Shown here: one piece after another, positions 30,057-40,286 of the stretch
Position numbering within the stretch: position 1 is the stretch's first letter
How the letters are laid out: every line of letters starts with the position of its first letter
Assembly (NCBI GenBank): GCA_963826115.1
Contig: CAWGVS010000012.1
Location: forward strand, 352,001-416,000
From: an uncultured Candidatus Rokubacteria bacterium
GTDB lineage: Bacteria; Methylomirabilota; Methylomirabilia; Rokubacteriales; DASRDR01
Reading direction: 5' to 3'
DNA: 64,000 nt
Program-made: the position numbers and the translations under genes
The notes under the pieces: model-generated
The model's database searches: none
Seen by the model: the letters and a program-made list of their open reading frames with translations, nothing else
What the model was told of the DNA's origin: nothing

Positions 30057-30530
30057 TCAAGGGCCGGTCACGCGCGCGCGCCGGGGCAGCGATTGCCGGT
30101 CCGTCACCACGGGCTCGGCCCGCAGCGTCTGCGTGAACCCCGCGGCGTCGAACGCGATCTCCCCCGCTCGGGGCCAGTTGAGGGCGATCCGCCATCGACG
30201 CGCGCGACGCGCGCCGGGGGCCGACGGGCCCCGACACTCGATACGGTCGATCGAGGCCTCGTGGAGCAGCACGCCCGTGCTGCCCCAGGCGATCGCGATC
30301 CGCAGGTCCGAGACCGTGTGGAATCGGAGGGTCGCCGGCGCCACGCGAAACTGGACCCGCCCGGGACCGCCCACGTCACAGAGCCACTCGACGATGAAGT
30401 CGATGTCGAGGACCAGGTCGCAGGTCCAGTCCCCCGCGTCCGGATCCGGCGGATGGAGCTCCAGGCCCCAGAGGGCGCAGTCGTGCCAGGTGAGCCGCTC
30501 GAAGTCCGCGTCCGTCCACCTCGCCGTCAC
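30057..30530 (-). CDS. Conserved hypothetical protein
   Basis: WTDADFERLTWHD...LVLDIDFIVEW...APATLRF; lies between operon genes. Confidence 0.65.
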   Translation of the reverse strand: MTARWTDADFERLTWHDCALWGLELHPPDPDAGDWTCDLVLDIDFIVEWLCDVGGPGRVQFRVAPATLRFHTVSDLRIAIAWGSTGVLLHEASIDRIECRGPSAPGARRARRWRIALNWPRAGEIAFDAAGFTQTLRAEPVVTDRQSLPRRARVTGP

Positions 30531-30560
30531 GGTCGCTCCCGAGAGGCTCCCGTGGCCGTC

Positions 30561-32150
30561 TCAAGGGCGACGCAGCACACGGCCGGCGCGCGCGCCCGTG
30601 TGACGGCCGTCCCGGATCGTCATCTCGCCGGCCACCAGGACGTGCTCGATCCCCGCGGGAAATTGATGGGGCTCGGCGTACGTGGCGACGTCCCGGACCG
30701 TGGCCGGATCGAAGACGACCAGGTCCGCGTCGGCGCCCACCTGCACCCGCCCCTTGGCCCGGAGCCCGAGCTTCTCGGCCGGCCGGTACGCCGCCTTGTG
30801 AACCGCGGCCTCGAGCGAGAGCACGCCGGTCTCGCGCACGTAGTGGCCGAGGATCCGGGGGTAGGTCCCGTAGCAGCGGGGATGCGGCTTCCCCTCGGCG
30901 AGCGGGCCGCGGGGCGTCAGCACGAGCCCGTCCGAGCCGAACATGGCGAGCGGATGCCGCATCACGTGGCGGACGTCGTCCTCGCTCATCACGAAGTGGA
31001 CCATCATCCCCCGCGCGCTCGACTCGTCGAGGAGGGCGAGGAGCGTCTCGACGGGGTCGGTCCGGCGCCGGGCGGCGATGTCGGCGACCGACCCGCCCTC
31101 GTCGGCCTTCCCGGGCCCGTCGGGCATCCAGGACACGATGGTCTGGTCCCATTCCCGCCCCTGCTCGCCGATCTCCCGCACGAGCCGCGCCCGGTCGGCC
31201 GGCGCGCGGAGCCGGCCGAGGAGCGCGGCGAGCCCGCCCTCGTGCGCCCAGTCCGGCACGATCTGGGTCAACGGCGCGCTCCCCGCCGTGTACGGATAGA
31301 CGTCGAAGGTCACGTCCTGGCCGCGCGCCTGCGCCCACTCGGAGAGCTGCGTGGCGTGCTGGATGCGGCCCCAGTAGGGCCGGAACGCCGCCTTGTGGTG
31401 CGAGATCTGGACGGGCGCGCCGGACCGCTCGCCGACCTCGATCGCCTCGGCCACCGCGCGGAGCAACGAGGACCCTTCTCCGCGGATGTGGCTCGCGTAG
31501 AGTCCGCCCGCCTCGGCCGCCACGCGCGCGAGCTCGACGAGCTCCTCGGTGTCGGCGTAGGCGCCCGGCGGATACACGAGTCCCGTGGAGAGCCCGAAGC
31601 AGCCATCGCGCATCGCCCCGCGGACGAGCTCCTGCATCGCCGCGAGCTCGCCCGCCGTGGGCGGCCGCTGGGCGTAGCCCATGACCGACGCGCGCACCGT
31701 GACGTGCCCGATCAGCGGGGCGACGTGGAGACCGAGCCCCCCGGCCCCCAGCCGGTCTGCGAACTCGCCGTAGGACCGCCAGCCCCAGTCGAGGTCGTGG
31801 ACGAAGCTCCCGAAGAAGCCGTGGAGCGACCGCACCGTCTCCGCGTGCGCGTCGGTGAGCGGCGCCGGGCTGAACCCGCAGTTCCCGACGACCTCGGTGG
31901 TCACGCCCTGATGGATCTTGCTGTCCCCGCCCGGACAGAGCAGGAGCGACAGGTCGGAGTGGGTGTGCATGTCGATGAAGCCCGGGCAGACGACCCGGCC
32001 CCCCGCGTCGATCCGCTCGCCGGCCGGCGCCGCCCCGAGATCGCCGATCGCCGCGATGCGGCCCCGTCGGATGCCGACGTCGGCCCGGTAGGCGCGGGCG
32101 CCGGTGCCGTCCACCACGAGCCCGCCGGTCAGCGTGCGATCCAGGTCCAT
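30561..32150 (-). CDS. N-acyl-D-amino-acid deacylase (D-aminoacylase)
   Basis: PGFIDMHTHSD, GVTTEVVGNCG, SHIRGE, SHHK and HPRCYGTYPR. Confidence 0.92.
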   Translation of the reverse strand: MDLDRTLTGGLVVDGTGARAYRADVGIRRGRIAAIGDLGAAPAGERIDAGGRVVCPGFIDMHTHSDLSLLLCPGGDSKIHQGVTTEVVGNCGFSPAPLTDAHAETVRSLHGFFGSFVHDLDWGWRSYGEFADRLGAGGLGLHVAPLIGHVTVRASVMGYAQRPPTAGELAAMQELVRGAMRDGCFGLSTGLVYPPGAYADTEELVELARVAAEAGGLYASHIRGEGSSLLRAVAEAIEVGERSGAPVQISHHKAAFRPYWGRIQHATQLSEWAQARGQDVTFDVYPYTAGSAPLTQIVPDWAHEGGLAALLGRLRAPADRARLVREIGEQGREWDQTIVSWMPDGPGKADEGGSVADIAARRRTDPVETLLALLDESSARGMMVHFVMSEDDVRHVMRHPLAMFGSDGLVLTPRGPLAEGKPHPRCYGTYPRILGHYVRETGVLSLEAAVHKAAYRPAEKLGLRAKGRVQVGADADLVVFDPATVRDVATYAEPHQFPAGIEHVLVAGEMTIRDGRHTGARAGRVLRRP

Positions 32151-32186
32151 CGTCCGTTCCTTCGCCGCCGCGCTTCGGCGCGGGGC

Positions 32187-33050
32187 TCACATCCGCCGGG
32201 CGAGCCGGGGATCCAGGAGGTCCCGGAGGCCGTCGCCCAGCAGGTTGATCGAGAGCACCGTCGAGGCCAGAAACAGCCCCGGGAACAGGAGGAGCCAGAA
32301 CGCCACGCGCACGTGAGCGCGCGCCTCCGCCATGATGTTGCCCCAGCTCGGGATCTCCGGCGGCGTGCCCGCGCCCAGGAACGAGAGCGCCGCCTCGATG
32401 AGGACCGCGGAGGCGCAGACGTACGTCCCCTGGACGATCAGGGGCGCGATCGTGTTCGGGAGCACGTGGCGGAGCACGGTCCGCCCCACGCCGGCGCCGA
32501 GCGCCACCGACGCCTCCACGAACGGCTGCTCGCGGAGGCTCAGGACCACGCCGCGCACGAGCCGGACGACCCGGGGCGTCTGCGGGATGACGAGCGCGAT
32601 GACGACGTTCCGGACGCTCGCGCCGGTGAGCGCGACGAAGGTGATCGCCAGCAGGAGGTCCGGCAGCGCCATGATGCCGTCCATCACGCGCATGACGATC
32701 GCGTCCAGCCCCCGGACGAAGCCCGCGAAGACGCCGAGCCCGAGGCCGATCGCCGACGTGACCGTCGCCACGATCAGCCCCACGACGAGCGAGATCCGGC
32801 TCCCGAAGATGACCCGGCTGTAGGAGTCGCGGCCGTACATGTCCGTGCCGAACCAGTGGGCCGCGCTGGGCGGGCGGAGGCGCTTGCCGGGCGCCATCTC
32901 GATCGGGTCCACCGTGTGGAGCAGCGGCGCCAGCACGGCCACGGCCGTCACGAGGAGGAGCAGCACGCCGCCGGCGACGACGGTCGGGTGCCGCCGCACG
33001 AAGCGGCCGGCGGCGCCGCGTCGGCCGGTCGGGGGCGCCGGCGCGGTCAG
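32187..33050 (-). CDS. Dpp/Opp ABC permease (DppC-type); start uncertain
   Basis: HWFGTDMYGRD, RHVLPN, EAALSFLG and GDGLRD. Confidence 0.88.
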   Translation of the reverse strand: MTAPAPPTGRRGAAGRFVRRHPTVVAGGVLLLLVTAVAVLAPLLHTVDPIEMAPGKRLRPPSAAHWFGTDMYGRDSYSRVIFGSRISLVVGLIVATVTSAIGLGLGVFAGFVRGLDAIVMRVMDGIMALPDLLLAITFVALTGASVRNVVIALVIPQTPRVVRLVRGVVLSLREQPFVEASVALGAGVGRTVLRHVLPNTIAPLIVQGTYVCASAVLIEAALSFLGAGTPPEIPSWGNIMAEARAHVRVAFWLLLFPGLFLASTVLSINLLGDGLRDLLDPRLARRM

Positions 33051-33988
33051 TACCGGATCCGCGGGTCGAGGACCACGTAGCACAGGTCCACCACGAGATT
33101 GACCAGCACGTACACGGCCGAGGAGAGGATCGTCACGCCCTGGATGATCGAGTAGTCGCGCTGGAGCACCGCGTCGGCGGTCAGGCGCCCGAGCCCCGGC
33201 AGCGCGAACACGCTCTCGGTGATCACGACGCCCGAGATGAGGAGGGTCAGGCTGACGCCGATGGTCGTGACGATCGGCACCGCGGCGTTCTTCAGCGCGT
33301 GCGTGAACAGGATCCGCCCCGGCCACTGGCCCTTCGCATGCGCCGTCCGGATGTAGTCGGCGCCCAGCACCTCCAGCACGCTCGCGCGCGTGATGCGGGT
33401 GATGAGGGCCATGTAGATCAACCCGAGGGTCAGGGTCGGCAGGATCAGGTGACGGACGAACGGCCCGAAGCCGCCCGCGAGGGGCGCGTAGCCCTGTACC
33501 GGCAGGAGGTCGAGGCGGACCGAGAAGCCGTAGATCATCAGGAAGCCGAGCCAGAACACGGGGATCGAGAAGCCGCCCACCGCGAAGACCATCACCGCCC
33601 GGTCGATCCAGGTGCCCGCGCGCCAGGCCGCCAGGAGGCCGAGCGGCACCGACAGCCCCACCGCGAACACGAGCGTCGAGAGCGCGAGCGCCAGCGTCGG
33701 CTCGAGGCGCTGGGCGATCAGCGTGCGGACGGGCAGCCGCGAGTGAAGCGAGCGCCCGAGGTCGCCCCGGGCCAGGCTCCCGACGTACACCGCGAGCTGC
33801 ACGTAGATCGGCTGGTCGAGCCCGAGCGCCGTCCGGATCTTCCCGATCGCCTCGGGCGTAGCGTAGTCCCCGGCGATGATGGCCGCGGGATCGCCGGGCG
33901 CGAGCCGGAGCAGGACGAACACGAACAGCACGACGACGGCCATCACGGGAAAGACGGCGAGGACACGGCGGAGAGCGTACGCGAGCAC
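33047..33988 (-). CDS. Dpp/Opp ABC permease (DppB-type)
   Basis: PGDPA, GDLGRS, DYIRTAHAKG and DPRIRY. Confidence 0.92.
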   Translation of the reverse strand: MLAYALRRVLAVFPVMAVVVLFVFVLLRLAPGDPAAIIAGDYATPEAIGKIRTALGLDQPIYVQLAVYVGSLARGDLGRSLHSRLPVRTLIAQRLEPTLALALSTLVFAVGLSVPLGLLAAWRAGTWIDRAVMVFAVGGFSIPVFWLGFLMIYGFSVRLDLLPVQGYAPLAGGFGPFVRHLILPTLTLGLIYMALITRITRASVLEVLGADYIRTAHAKGQWPGRILFTHALKNAAVPIVTTIGVSLTLLISGVVITESVFALPGLGRLTADAVLQRDYSIIQGVTILSSAVYVLVNLVVDLCYVVLDPRIRY

Positions 33989-34008
33989 GGGCGGGACGCG
34001 CGCGGATG

Positions 34009-34043
34009 GCCCGGGGCGGAGCCGGCGTGCCTCCGCCCCGGGC
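34009..34043. terminator. Stem-loop between the SBP and permease genes
   Basis: GCCCGGGGCGGAG / CTCCGCCCCGGGC 13-bp stem, no U-tract. Confidence 0.55.
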
Positions 34044-34055
34044 GTCAGGCCGCGG

Positions 34056-35654
34056 TTACTTCCGGACCATGTTCCAGAACTGCACGTAGGGCGCGGTCGA
34101 CGTGTACTCCAGCCGATCCTTGCGCCACGCGCTGTCCCTGTTGAACTCGCCCACGGGGATGTACGGGAGGTTCTCCATGAGGGCCGCGTGGTACTCCGTC
34201 AGCAGCTTCTTGAACTCGGGCGAGCCGGGAGCGGCGTTGCCGAGCTCGTCGAGCGCCTTCGAGGCGCGCGGGGAGCACGGCCAGCCGAACCACGCGCGCT
34301 CGCAGAGCGTCGAGATGTTCGAGTGGCCCCACGGATCGGCCAGGGCCACGCTGTTCGACGTCGTGTGGAAGATGTGCCAGCCGGCGGGGTTCTTGCTCGG
34401 CGGGTCCTTCACCGGCCGCCGCGAGGTCAGCGTCCCCCAGTCCATGACCTGGAGGTCGACGTTCACGCCGAGCTTCCGGAGCATCGCCGCGGTGGTGAGC
34501 GACGCGGCGTTGATCGTCGCGATGTCGCTCGGGGCCATCACGACGATCTTCTCGCCCTTGTAGCCGGCCTCCTGGAGGAGTTGCTTGGCCTTCGCGAGGT
34601 CCTGCTTCTGGTACGGCTCGGACCCCGTCGCGTTGTCGAGCCACTGCCCGCAGCCGAGGAACGTCCAGCAGACGGTCCAGTTCTCCTGATCCCCGGCGAT
34701 CGCCTGAAGATAGTCTTTCTGGTCGACCATGAGGGCCAGCGCCTGGCGCGCCTTCACGTTGTCGAAGGGCGGCGCCAGATGGTTCGGATGGATCTGCATC
34801 TGCTCGACGTCGACCTTCTTCATGGTGACGTTCGGGTCCTTGCGGAGGATCGGCCACTGGTCGATGTGGGGCTGCTGGATGAAGTCGACCTCGCCCTTCT
34901 GGAGGGCGGCGACCGCCGTGGACGGGTCGGGGATGACCACCCACTCCACGCGGTCGACGGTGGCGCGGCGGGCGCCGGCGTAGTAGTCGGGCGGGTCGGT
35001 CCGCGGGACGTAGTCCTTGTTGCGGAGGTACACGGTCTTGACCCCGGGGACCCATTCCTTCTCGGAGAAGATGTACGGCCCCGACCCGATCTTCTCGCCC
35101 TCGAACGCCTTGTCGGCGGGCTGCACCGCCTGCCGCTCGGGGATGATGAACGGCACGTAGCTGTACTCCTTGGCGAGCGCCCGGAGCACGAGTCCGTACG
35201 GCTCCTTCAGCTTCAGGACGAGCGTCTTGTCGTCCGTCGCCTCGAGCGAGGCCGTCTTGGCCATGAGCTTCTGCCCGGCGGCGTCCTTCACCGCCCAGCG
35301 CTTCAACGACGCGACGGCGTCGATCGCCCGCACCGGCTGCCCGTCGTGCCACTTGAGCCCGCTCCGGAGCACGAAGGTGTACGTGAGCTTGTCGGGGCTC
35401 ACCCGGAACGTGTCCACCATCTGGGGCTTGGGATTCCCCTTCGAGTCGAGCGCAAAGAGGGTCTCGTAGATCATGTAGGCGTGCTGCTGCGTGATGTTCG
35501 CGGTGGTCCAGTGGGGATCGACCCACTTGACCTCGGCGTGCATCACCGCCCGCACGGTCTTCTCGCCCTGGGCGAACGCCGGCGAGCCCAGCGCCAGGAG
35601 CGCGCCGACCAGCGCCGCGTATCCAGCCGCCCGGATGCTCGGAAACCTGCTCAT
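34056..35654 (-). CDS. ABC substrate-binding protein, family 5 (DppA-like)
   Basis: Signal peptide, YETLF, LKWHDG and GSGPY. Confidence 0.92.
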   Translation of the reverse strand: MSRFPSIRAAGYAALVGALLALGSPAFAQGEKTVRAVMHAEVKWVDPHWTTANITQQHAYMIYETLFALDSKGNPKPQMVDTFRVSPDKLTYTFVLRSGLKWHDGQPVRAIDAVASLKRWAVKDAAGQKLMAKTASLEATDDKTLVLKLKEPYGLVLRALAKEYSYVPFIIPERQAVQPADKAFEGEKIGSGPYIFSEKEWVPGVKTVYLRNKDYVPRTDPPDYYAGARRATVDRVEWVVIPDPSTAVAALQKGEVDFIQQPHIDQWPILRKDPNVTMKKVDVEQMQIHPNHLAPPFDNVKARQALALMVDQKDYLQAIAGDQENWTVCWTFLGCGQWLDNATGSEPYQKQDLAKAKQLLQEAGYKGEKIVVMAPSDIATINAASLTTAAMLRKLGVNVDLQVMDWGTLTSRRPVKDPPSKNPAGWHIFHTTSNSVALADPWGHSNISTLCERAWFGWPCSPRASKALDELGNAAPGSPEFKKLLTEYHAALMENLPYIPVGEFNRDSAWRKDRLEYTSTAPYVQFWNMVRK

Positions 35655-35868
35655 GGTCGCCTCCTGCTCGCGCGCGAGCGTCTCGGCAGCGTCGCGCGGG
35701 GCTGCGCACGGTCACGGATCGGGGTGCGAGCGGTCGAACCGACCGCCAGGCCACTGTCGGCCACAAGCCGCGACGGCGTCAAGGGGCCTGCCGCCACGCG
35801 GCGCGCCGGCGGCCCGCCTTGACCGCGCGGGGGAGGCCGGCGAAGAATCGCGGCGGGAGGCTCCGCGC

Positions 35869-37365
35869 ATGAAGCTCTTCACCGCCGGCGTCGCGACCGA
35901 GTCCAACACGTTCGCCCCCATGCCCACGGGGCTCGACGACTACACCGTCTTCCGCGGCGCGCCGCCCGAGGAGCGGCCGACGAGCTTCACGCAGCCCTTC
36001 CTCGTCTGGCGGCGGCTCGCGGCCGAGCGCGGCTTCCACGTGGTCACGAGCCTGGGCGCGTCCGCGCCGCCGGCCGGCCCCACCGTGCGACAGGTCTGGG
36101 AGGGCTTCCGCGACGAGATCCTGCAGGACCTCCGCCGCGCGATGCCAGTCGATGGCGTGCTCCTGAACCTCCACGGCGCGATGGTCGCCGACGGCTACGA
36201 CGACTGCGAGGGCGACATCCTGGCCCGCGTGCGCGCGATCGTCGGGCCGGCGGTGCCGGTCGGCGCGGAGCTCGATCCGCACTGCCACGTGACGCCGCTC
36301 ATGGTGGCGCAGGCGACGGCGCTGGTTCTCTACAAGGAGTTCCCCCACACCGACTTCGCCGAGCGGGCGGCCGACCTCTTCCGGCTGATCGTGGACGCGG
36401 CCGGGGGCCGGACCCGGCCCCACATGGCCCTCTGGGACTGCCGGATGCTCGGGAGCTACTTCACGACGCTCCAGCCGATGAAGGGCTTCGTCGACGACGT
36501 GAAGGCGCGCGAGGGGAAGGACGGCGTGCTCTCGATCTCCCCCGTCCACGGCTTCCCGTACGGCGACGTGCCGGGGAACGGCACGAAGATGCTGGTCATC
36601 ACCGACGCGCGGCCGGCCGAGGGCGCCCGCCTCGCGGAGACGCTCGGCCTCCGCTGGATCGCGCTCCGCGGGCGCACCCACCCGCCGATGCTCACGGTGG
36701 CGGAGGCGGTGGAGCGCGCGCGCCGCGTGTCGGGCCGGCCGGTGGTGGCGGCCGACGTGGCGGACAATCCCGGCGGCGGCTTCCCCGGCGACAGCACGGT
36801 GGTCCTGCGCGAGCTGGTCGAGCTCGGGGTGACCGACTGCGCGTTCGCGACGATCTGGGACCCGGTCGCGGTGACGTTCGCCCGCGCCGCCGGCCCCGGC
36901 ACGCGCCTCCGGATGCGGATCGGCGGAAAGGCGGGCCTCCTGTCCGGCGACCCGCTGGACCTCGACGTGACGGTCGCCGCGGTGACCGACGACCTCTACC
37001 AGCGCTACGCGGGCGTTGGCAGCTCACTCGGCCCGGCCGCGCGCGTCACGACGGCGGGCGGCCTCGACATCGTCCTCGCGAGCCGCCGGAATCAGGTCCG
37101 GAGCCCCGACGTCTTCCGCGGCCTCGGGCTCGATCCCCTCGCCACCAAGCTCCTGGTGGTCAAGTCCACGAACCACTTCCGCGCGGAGTTCGAGAAGATC
37201 GCCGCCGAGATCCTCTACGTGGCGCCGCCCGACGTCTTCTCGGCGGTCCCGTTCACGCGCATCCCGCGGCCGAAGTGGCCGCTCGATCCCGATGCGTTCG
37301 CCGATCTGGAGGCGGCCGGCCTGGTGCCGGCCGGCGGGCCGCGCACGGATCGCGCGCCCGACTGA
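35869..37365 (+). CDS. M81 family metallopeptidase (MlrC-like)
   Basis: TESNTF, LHGAM, DPHCH, FPHTD, DNPGGG and VKSTNHFRA. Confidence 0.9.
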   Translation: MKLFTAGVATESNTFAPMPTGLDDYTVFRGAPPEERPTSFTQPFLVWRRLAAERGFHVVTSLGASAPPAGPTVRQVWEGFRDEILQDLRRAMPVDGVLLNLHGAMVADGYDDCEGDILARVRAIVGPAVPVGAELDPHCHVTPLMVAQATALVLYKEFPHTDFAERAADLFRLIVDAAGGRTRPHMALWDCRMLGSYFTTLQPMKGFVDDVKAREGKDGVLSISPVHGFPYGDVPGNGTKMLVITDARPAEGARLAETLGLRWIALRGRTHPPMLTVAEAVERARRVSGRPVVAADVADNPGGGFPGDSTVVLRELVELGVTDCAFATIWDPVAVTFARAAGPGTRLRMRIGGKAGLLSGDPLDLDVTVAAVTDDLYQRYAGVGSSLGPAARVTTAGGLDIVLASRRNQVRSPDVFRGLGLDPLATKLLVVKSTNHFRAEFEKIAAEILYVAPPDVFSAVPFTRIPRPKWPLDPDAFADLEAAGLVPAGGPRTDRAPD

Positions 37366-37413
37366 TCCGCGCGGCGGGTCCGCCGAAGACGGCCGGCCGC
37401 TGACGACGGGCGC

Positions 37414-38481
37414 CTAGACGAGGCGACGCGAGCCGCCGCGCCGCCGCGCTTCGGAAGGGGCGGCCGGACGGCCGCGGAGCCCGCCGCCGATGCGCGTCCG
37501 GAGCGTCGTTCCCAGAAGTCGGAGCCGACCGCATGCGGGGAGGCCGAGGGCCAGCACCGCCAGCGCCCGCGCCATCACGGGCAGCGACCACGGTAGATAC
37601 CGCGCCATGCGGCCGAGGCTCCGGCATCCGTGCAGGCGCTGGCCCCGGTCGGCGGCCACGAGGATCTCCGCGAACGCCGGGCGGGTCCCGAGAAAGGTCC
37701 GCCACCGCCGATAGGCGACCTCCCCGCACGTGGCGCGGATCACCGTCCGCCACTTCTCGTCGAGCCGCGCCGCATCCCGGGCGAGCAGGGCGCCATTCCG
37801 CGAGAGCTGCGGGCCGGCGTGCTCGTGGCGAACCACCAGCGCGTCGGTCGTGCTGACGAAGTCCGTCCGGCTGGCGAGCCGGAGCCACAGATCCTGGTCC
37901 TCCATGGCACGGAGCTCCCCGTCGAGCCCGCCGACGTCCGCCAGCAGGGCGCGCCGGAGGAGCGTCGCCGAGACCAGCGGCAGCCAGCCCGCCACGAGCC
38001 GATCGAAGACGCGCCCGGACCAGACCGCGGCCGGCAGCACCGTCTCCTGGCCGGTCCGCGCGTCGAGACGCCGGGCGCGACAGGAGATCACGTCGGCCCC
38101 AGGGTGCGCGCGGGCCAGGGCCAGCTGGCACTCGAGGTAGCGCGGCGTCCACTCGTTGTCGTCGTCGAGGAAGGCCACCCACTCGCCTCGCGCGTGCGCG
38201 AGGGCCGTATTCCGCGCGCAGCCGACGCCGGCGTTCCGCGCGTGCCGCAGGACGCGCAGGCGCGGCTCGGCGAGGCGCGCGAGCACCTCGGGGGTCGCGT
38301 CGGTGGAGCCGTCGTCCACGACCAGGATCTCGAGGTCCGTGACGGTCTGGGCGCGGACGCTCGCCAGCGCGCGCCCGACCAGGTGCGCGCGGTTCCACGT
38401 GCAGACGACGGCCGTGACGCGGGGCGACGGGCCCGGCAGGCCGCCGGCGCCGGCCCGGGCGGCCGGCTCGGGAGCGCTCAC
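37414..38481 (-). CDS. Glycosyltransferase family 2
   Basis: VVCTWNR, VVDDGSTD, ARNTA, FLDDD and EDQDLW. Confidence 0.88.
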   Translation of the reverse strand: MSAPEPAARAGAGGLPGPSPRVTAVVCTWNRAHLVGRALASVRAQTVTDLEILVVDDGSTDATPEVLARLAEPRLRVLRHARNAGVGCARNTALAHARGEWVAFLDDDNEWTPRYLECQLALARAHPGADVISCRARRLDARTGQETVLPAAVWSGRVFDRLVAGWLPLVSATLLRRALLADVGGLDGELRAMEDQDLWLRLASRTDFVSTTDALVVRHEHAGPQLSRNGALLARDAARLDEKWRTVIRATCGEVAYRRWRTFLGTRPAFAEILVAADRGQRLHGCRSLGRMARYLPWSLPVMARALAVLALGLPACGRLRLLGTTLRTRIGGGLRGRPAAPSEARRRGGSRRLV

Positions 38482-40091
38482 CGCAAGAGCGCCGTCACGA
38501 GCTGCCGGACGTCGGCGGGCGCCACGGGAGCGCGATTGCCCACCACCTGGATGGCCAGCGCGCCCGCGACGCCCCCGAGGAATCCCACCAGGTCCAGGGG
38601 CAATCCGGCCGCCACGGCCGGCGCCGTGAGGGACAGGTACGCGTCCCCCGCGCCCGTGCGGTCGACGACCGCATGCGAGAGCGCCGGCACCTCCCACCGG
38701 ACCCCGTCGGGGCCGCACGTGAGCGCCCCGTGGCGGCCCCGCGTCACCGCAACCGCCGCCGCGCCCAACCGGGCGCGGAGGGCGTCGGCCAGCTCCTCGA
38801 TCGGGCGCCAGCGCTCCCCCAGCGCCAGGCGGATCTCCGGCTCGTCGATGCACGCGTAGTCCGCCCGCGGGTACTTCGTGATCAGGTTGTAGCCGAGATT
38901 CGCCGCGTTGGCCTGCGTGTTCACCGCGAGGAACCGCGCGCCCTCGGCGAGGACCCGCGCCGCGCGCGCGCCGAGAAACCCGTGACCGTAGTCCGCCACG
39001 ATCACCACGTCGTAGCCGGGCAGCGCACCGGCCAGGTCCCGTAGCAGCGCCTCCTCGCTCGGCGCCGGGAGCGGCGCGTCCTCCAGCACCGCGACCTCGA
39101 ACATCTTGACGAGCTCGGGCTCCCACAGGTACCGGCGCTTCGTGATCGTCGGCGCGTCCGGACGGATGACGAAGCGCGGCGTCACGTTCGGCCGCAGGCT
39201 CGACCGGACGAACCGCTCGTCGGACGCCTCGTCGCCGAGGACGGCCACCAGATCGACCGCGCGGCAGAATCCGGCCACGTGGTTGGCGCACGCCAGCGCC
39301 CCTCCGGCGTGGCGCTCCTGCCGCACCTCGCGCGTGGTGACGATCGCCTCCTTCGGCGACTTGCCGAGCGGCACGCAGTAGCGGTACTCGTCGAGGATCG
39401 CCTCGCCGAGCACCAGCACCCGGAGCTCGCGCAGGGCCGCCAGTCCCGCCAGCACGTCGTCGACACCGTGGCGCGTCCGGAAGCGGTCGACGAAGCGGCG
39501 CGCCGCCTCGGGCAGGGCGCCGTCGAGCGCGCGCCCACCGAGCGGGCTGTGCCCCGCGGGCGGGCTGGCCGTGCCGTCACCGTCGGCGCGACGATCCGGC
39601 CGACGCCCCCCGCCGTCGAGCGCCGCCAGGAGGGCCGTGGAGGAGAAAACCTCCTCGTGGGTGAAGCACATCTGCCCGCCCACCTCCTGCAGCGCCTCCA
39701 TCTCCATCTGCAGTCGCGCGGGCGGGCGCGAGAGGGACTCGAACTCCTGGCCCTTGACGTAGTAGTCCGGCCGGAGGAGCCGGATCGCCGCCGCCGCCGC
39801 CGGCTCCCGATCGATCGCCACGAAGTCCACGCAGTCCAGGGCGGCCACGGCCTCCGCCCGGAGACGCTCCGGGAAGACGGGCCGCCCGGGTCCCTTGGTG
39901 ACATGCCGGTCGGGGGTGAGCGTCACGACGAGGGCGTCGCCCATCTGCCGCGCCGCCTGGAGATGCTTGATGTGGCCGATGTGCAGGAGGTCGAAGCACC
40001 CGTGGCAGTGCACCACCTTGCGGCCGCCGCGCCTGAGCCGGTCGAGCTCCTGCGCGACCGCCTCGAGCGACAGGATCTTGCGCTCTGTCAT
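38478..40091 (-). CDS. Cytidylyltransferase + PfkB kinase bifunctional protein (HldE/RfaE-like)
   Basis: HGCFDLLHIGH at the N-terminus; DYGHG and DRTGAGD PfkB motifs at the C-terminus. Confidence 0.88.
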   Translation of the reverse strand: MTERKILSLEAVAQELDRLRRGGRKVVHCHGCFDLLHIGHIKHLQAARQMGDALVVTLTPDRHVTKGPGRPVFPERLRAEAVAALDCVDFVAIDREPAAAAAIRLLRPDYYVKGQEFESLSRPPARLQMEMEALQEVGGQMCFTHEEVFSSTALLAALDGGGRRPDRRADGDGTASPPAGHSPLGGRALDGALPEAARRFVDRFRTRHGVDDVLAGLAALRELRVLVLGEAILDEYRYCVPLGKSPKEAIVTTREVRQERHAGGALACANHVAGFCRAVDLVAVLGDEASDERFVRSSLRPNVTPRFVIRPDAPTITKRRYLWEPELVKMFEVAVLEDAPLPAPSEEALLRDLAGALPGYDVVIVADYGHGFLGARAARVLAEGARFLAVNTQANAANLGYNLITKYPRADYACIDEPEIRLALGERWRPIEELADALRARLGAAAVAVTRGRHGALTCGPDGVRWEVPALSHAVVDRTGAGDAYLSLTAPAVAAGLPLDLVGFLGGVAGALAIQVVGNRAPVAPADVRQLVTALLR

Positions 40092-40286
40092 CCCTGGCTC
40101 CCCTCGGGCGACGCTGGCGACCTGGCGAGGCCGTCCCCTCGCCCGAACGGCGTCGGGGCGCGGGACGGCCGCCGGAGGCGACGCGGCACCTGCGCCATCG
40201 CCGCGACGCGAAGGCCGGCGAGAATTCGCGGGCGCGGCTATCGGCCGGGGGTCACGCGCGACGCCGGCCGGCGCTCGCGCCGCCCG

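Noticed and set aside
29880-33080. Very long antisense or alternate-frame ORFs (e.g. 1066 aa here; also 48054-50558 and 53200-55431)
   Set aside because: They are Arg/Pro/Gly-rich shadows of real genes, expected at this GC content.
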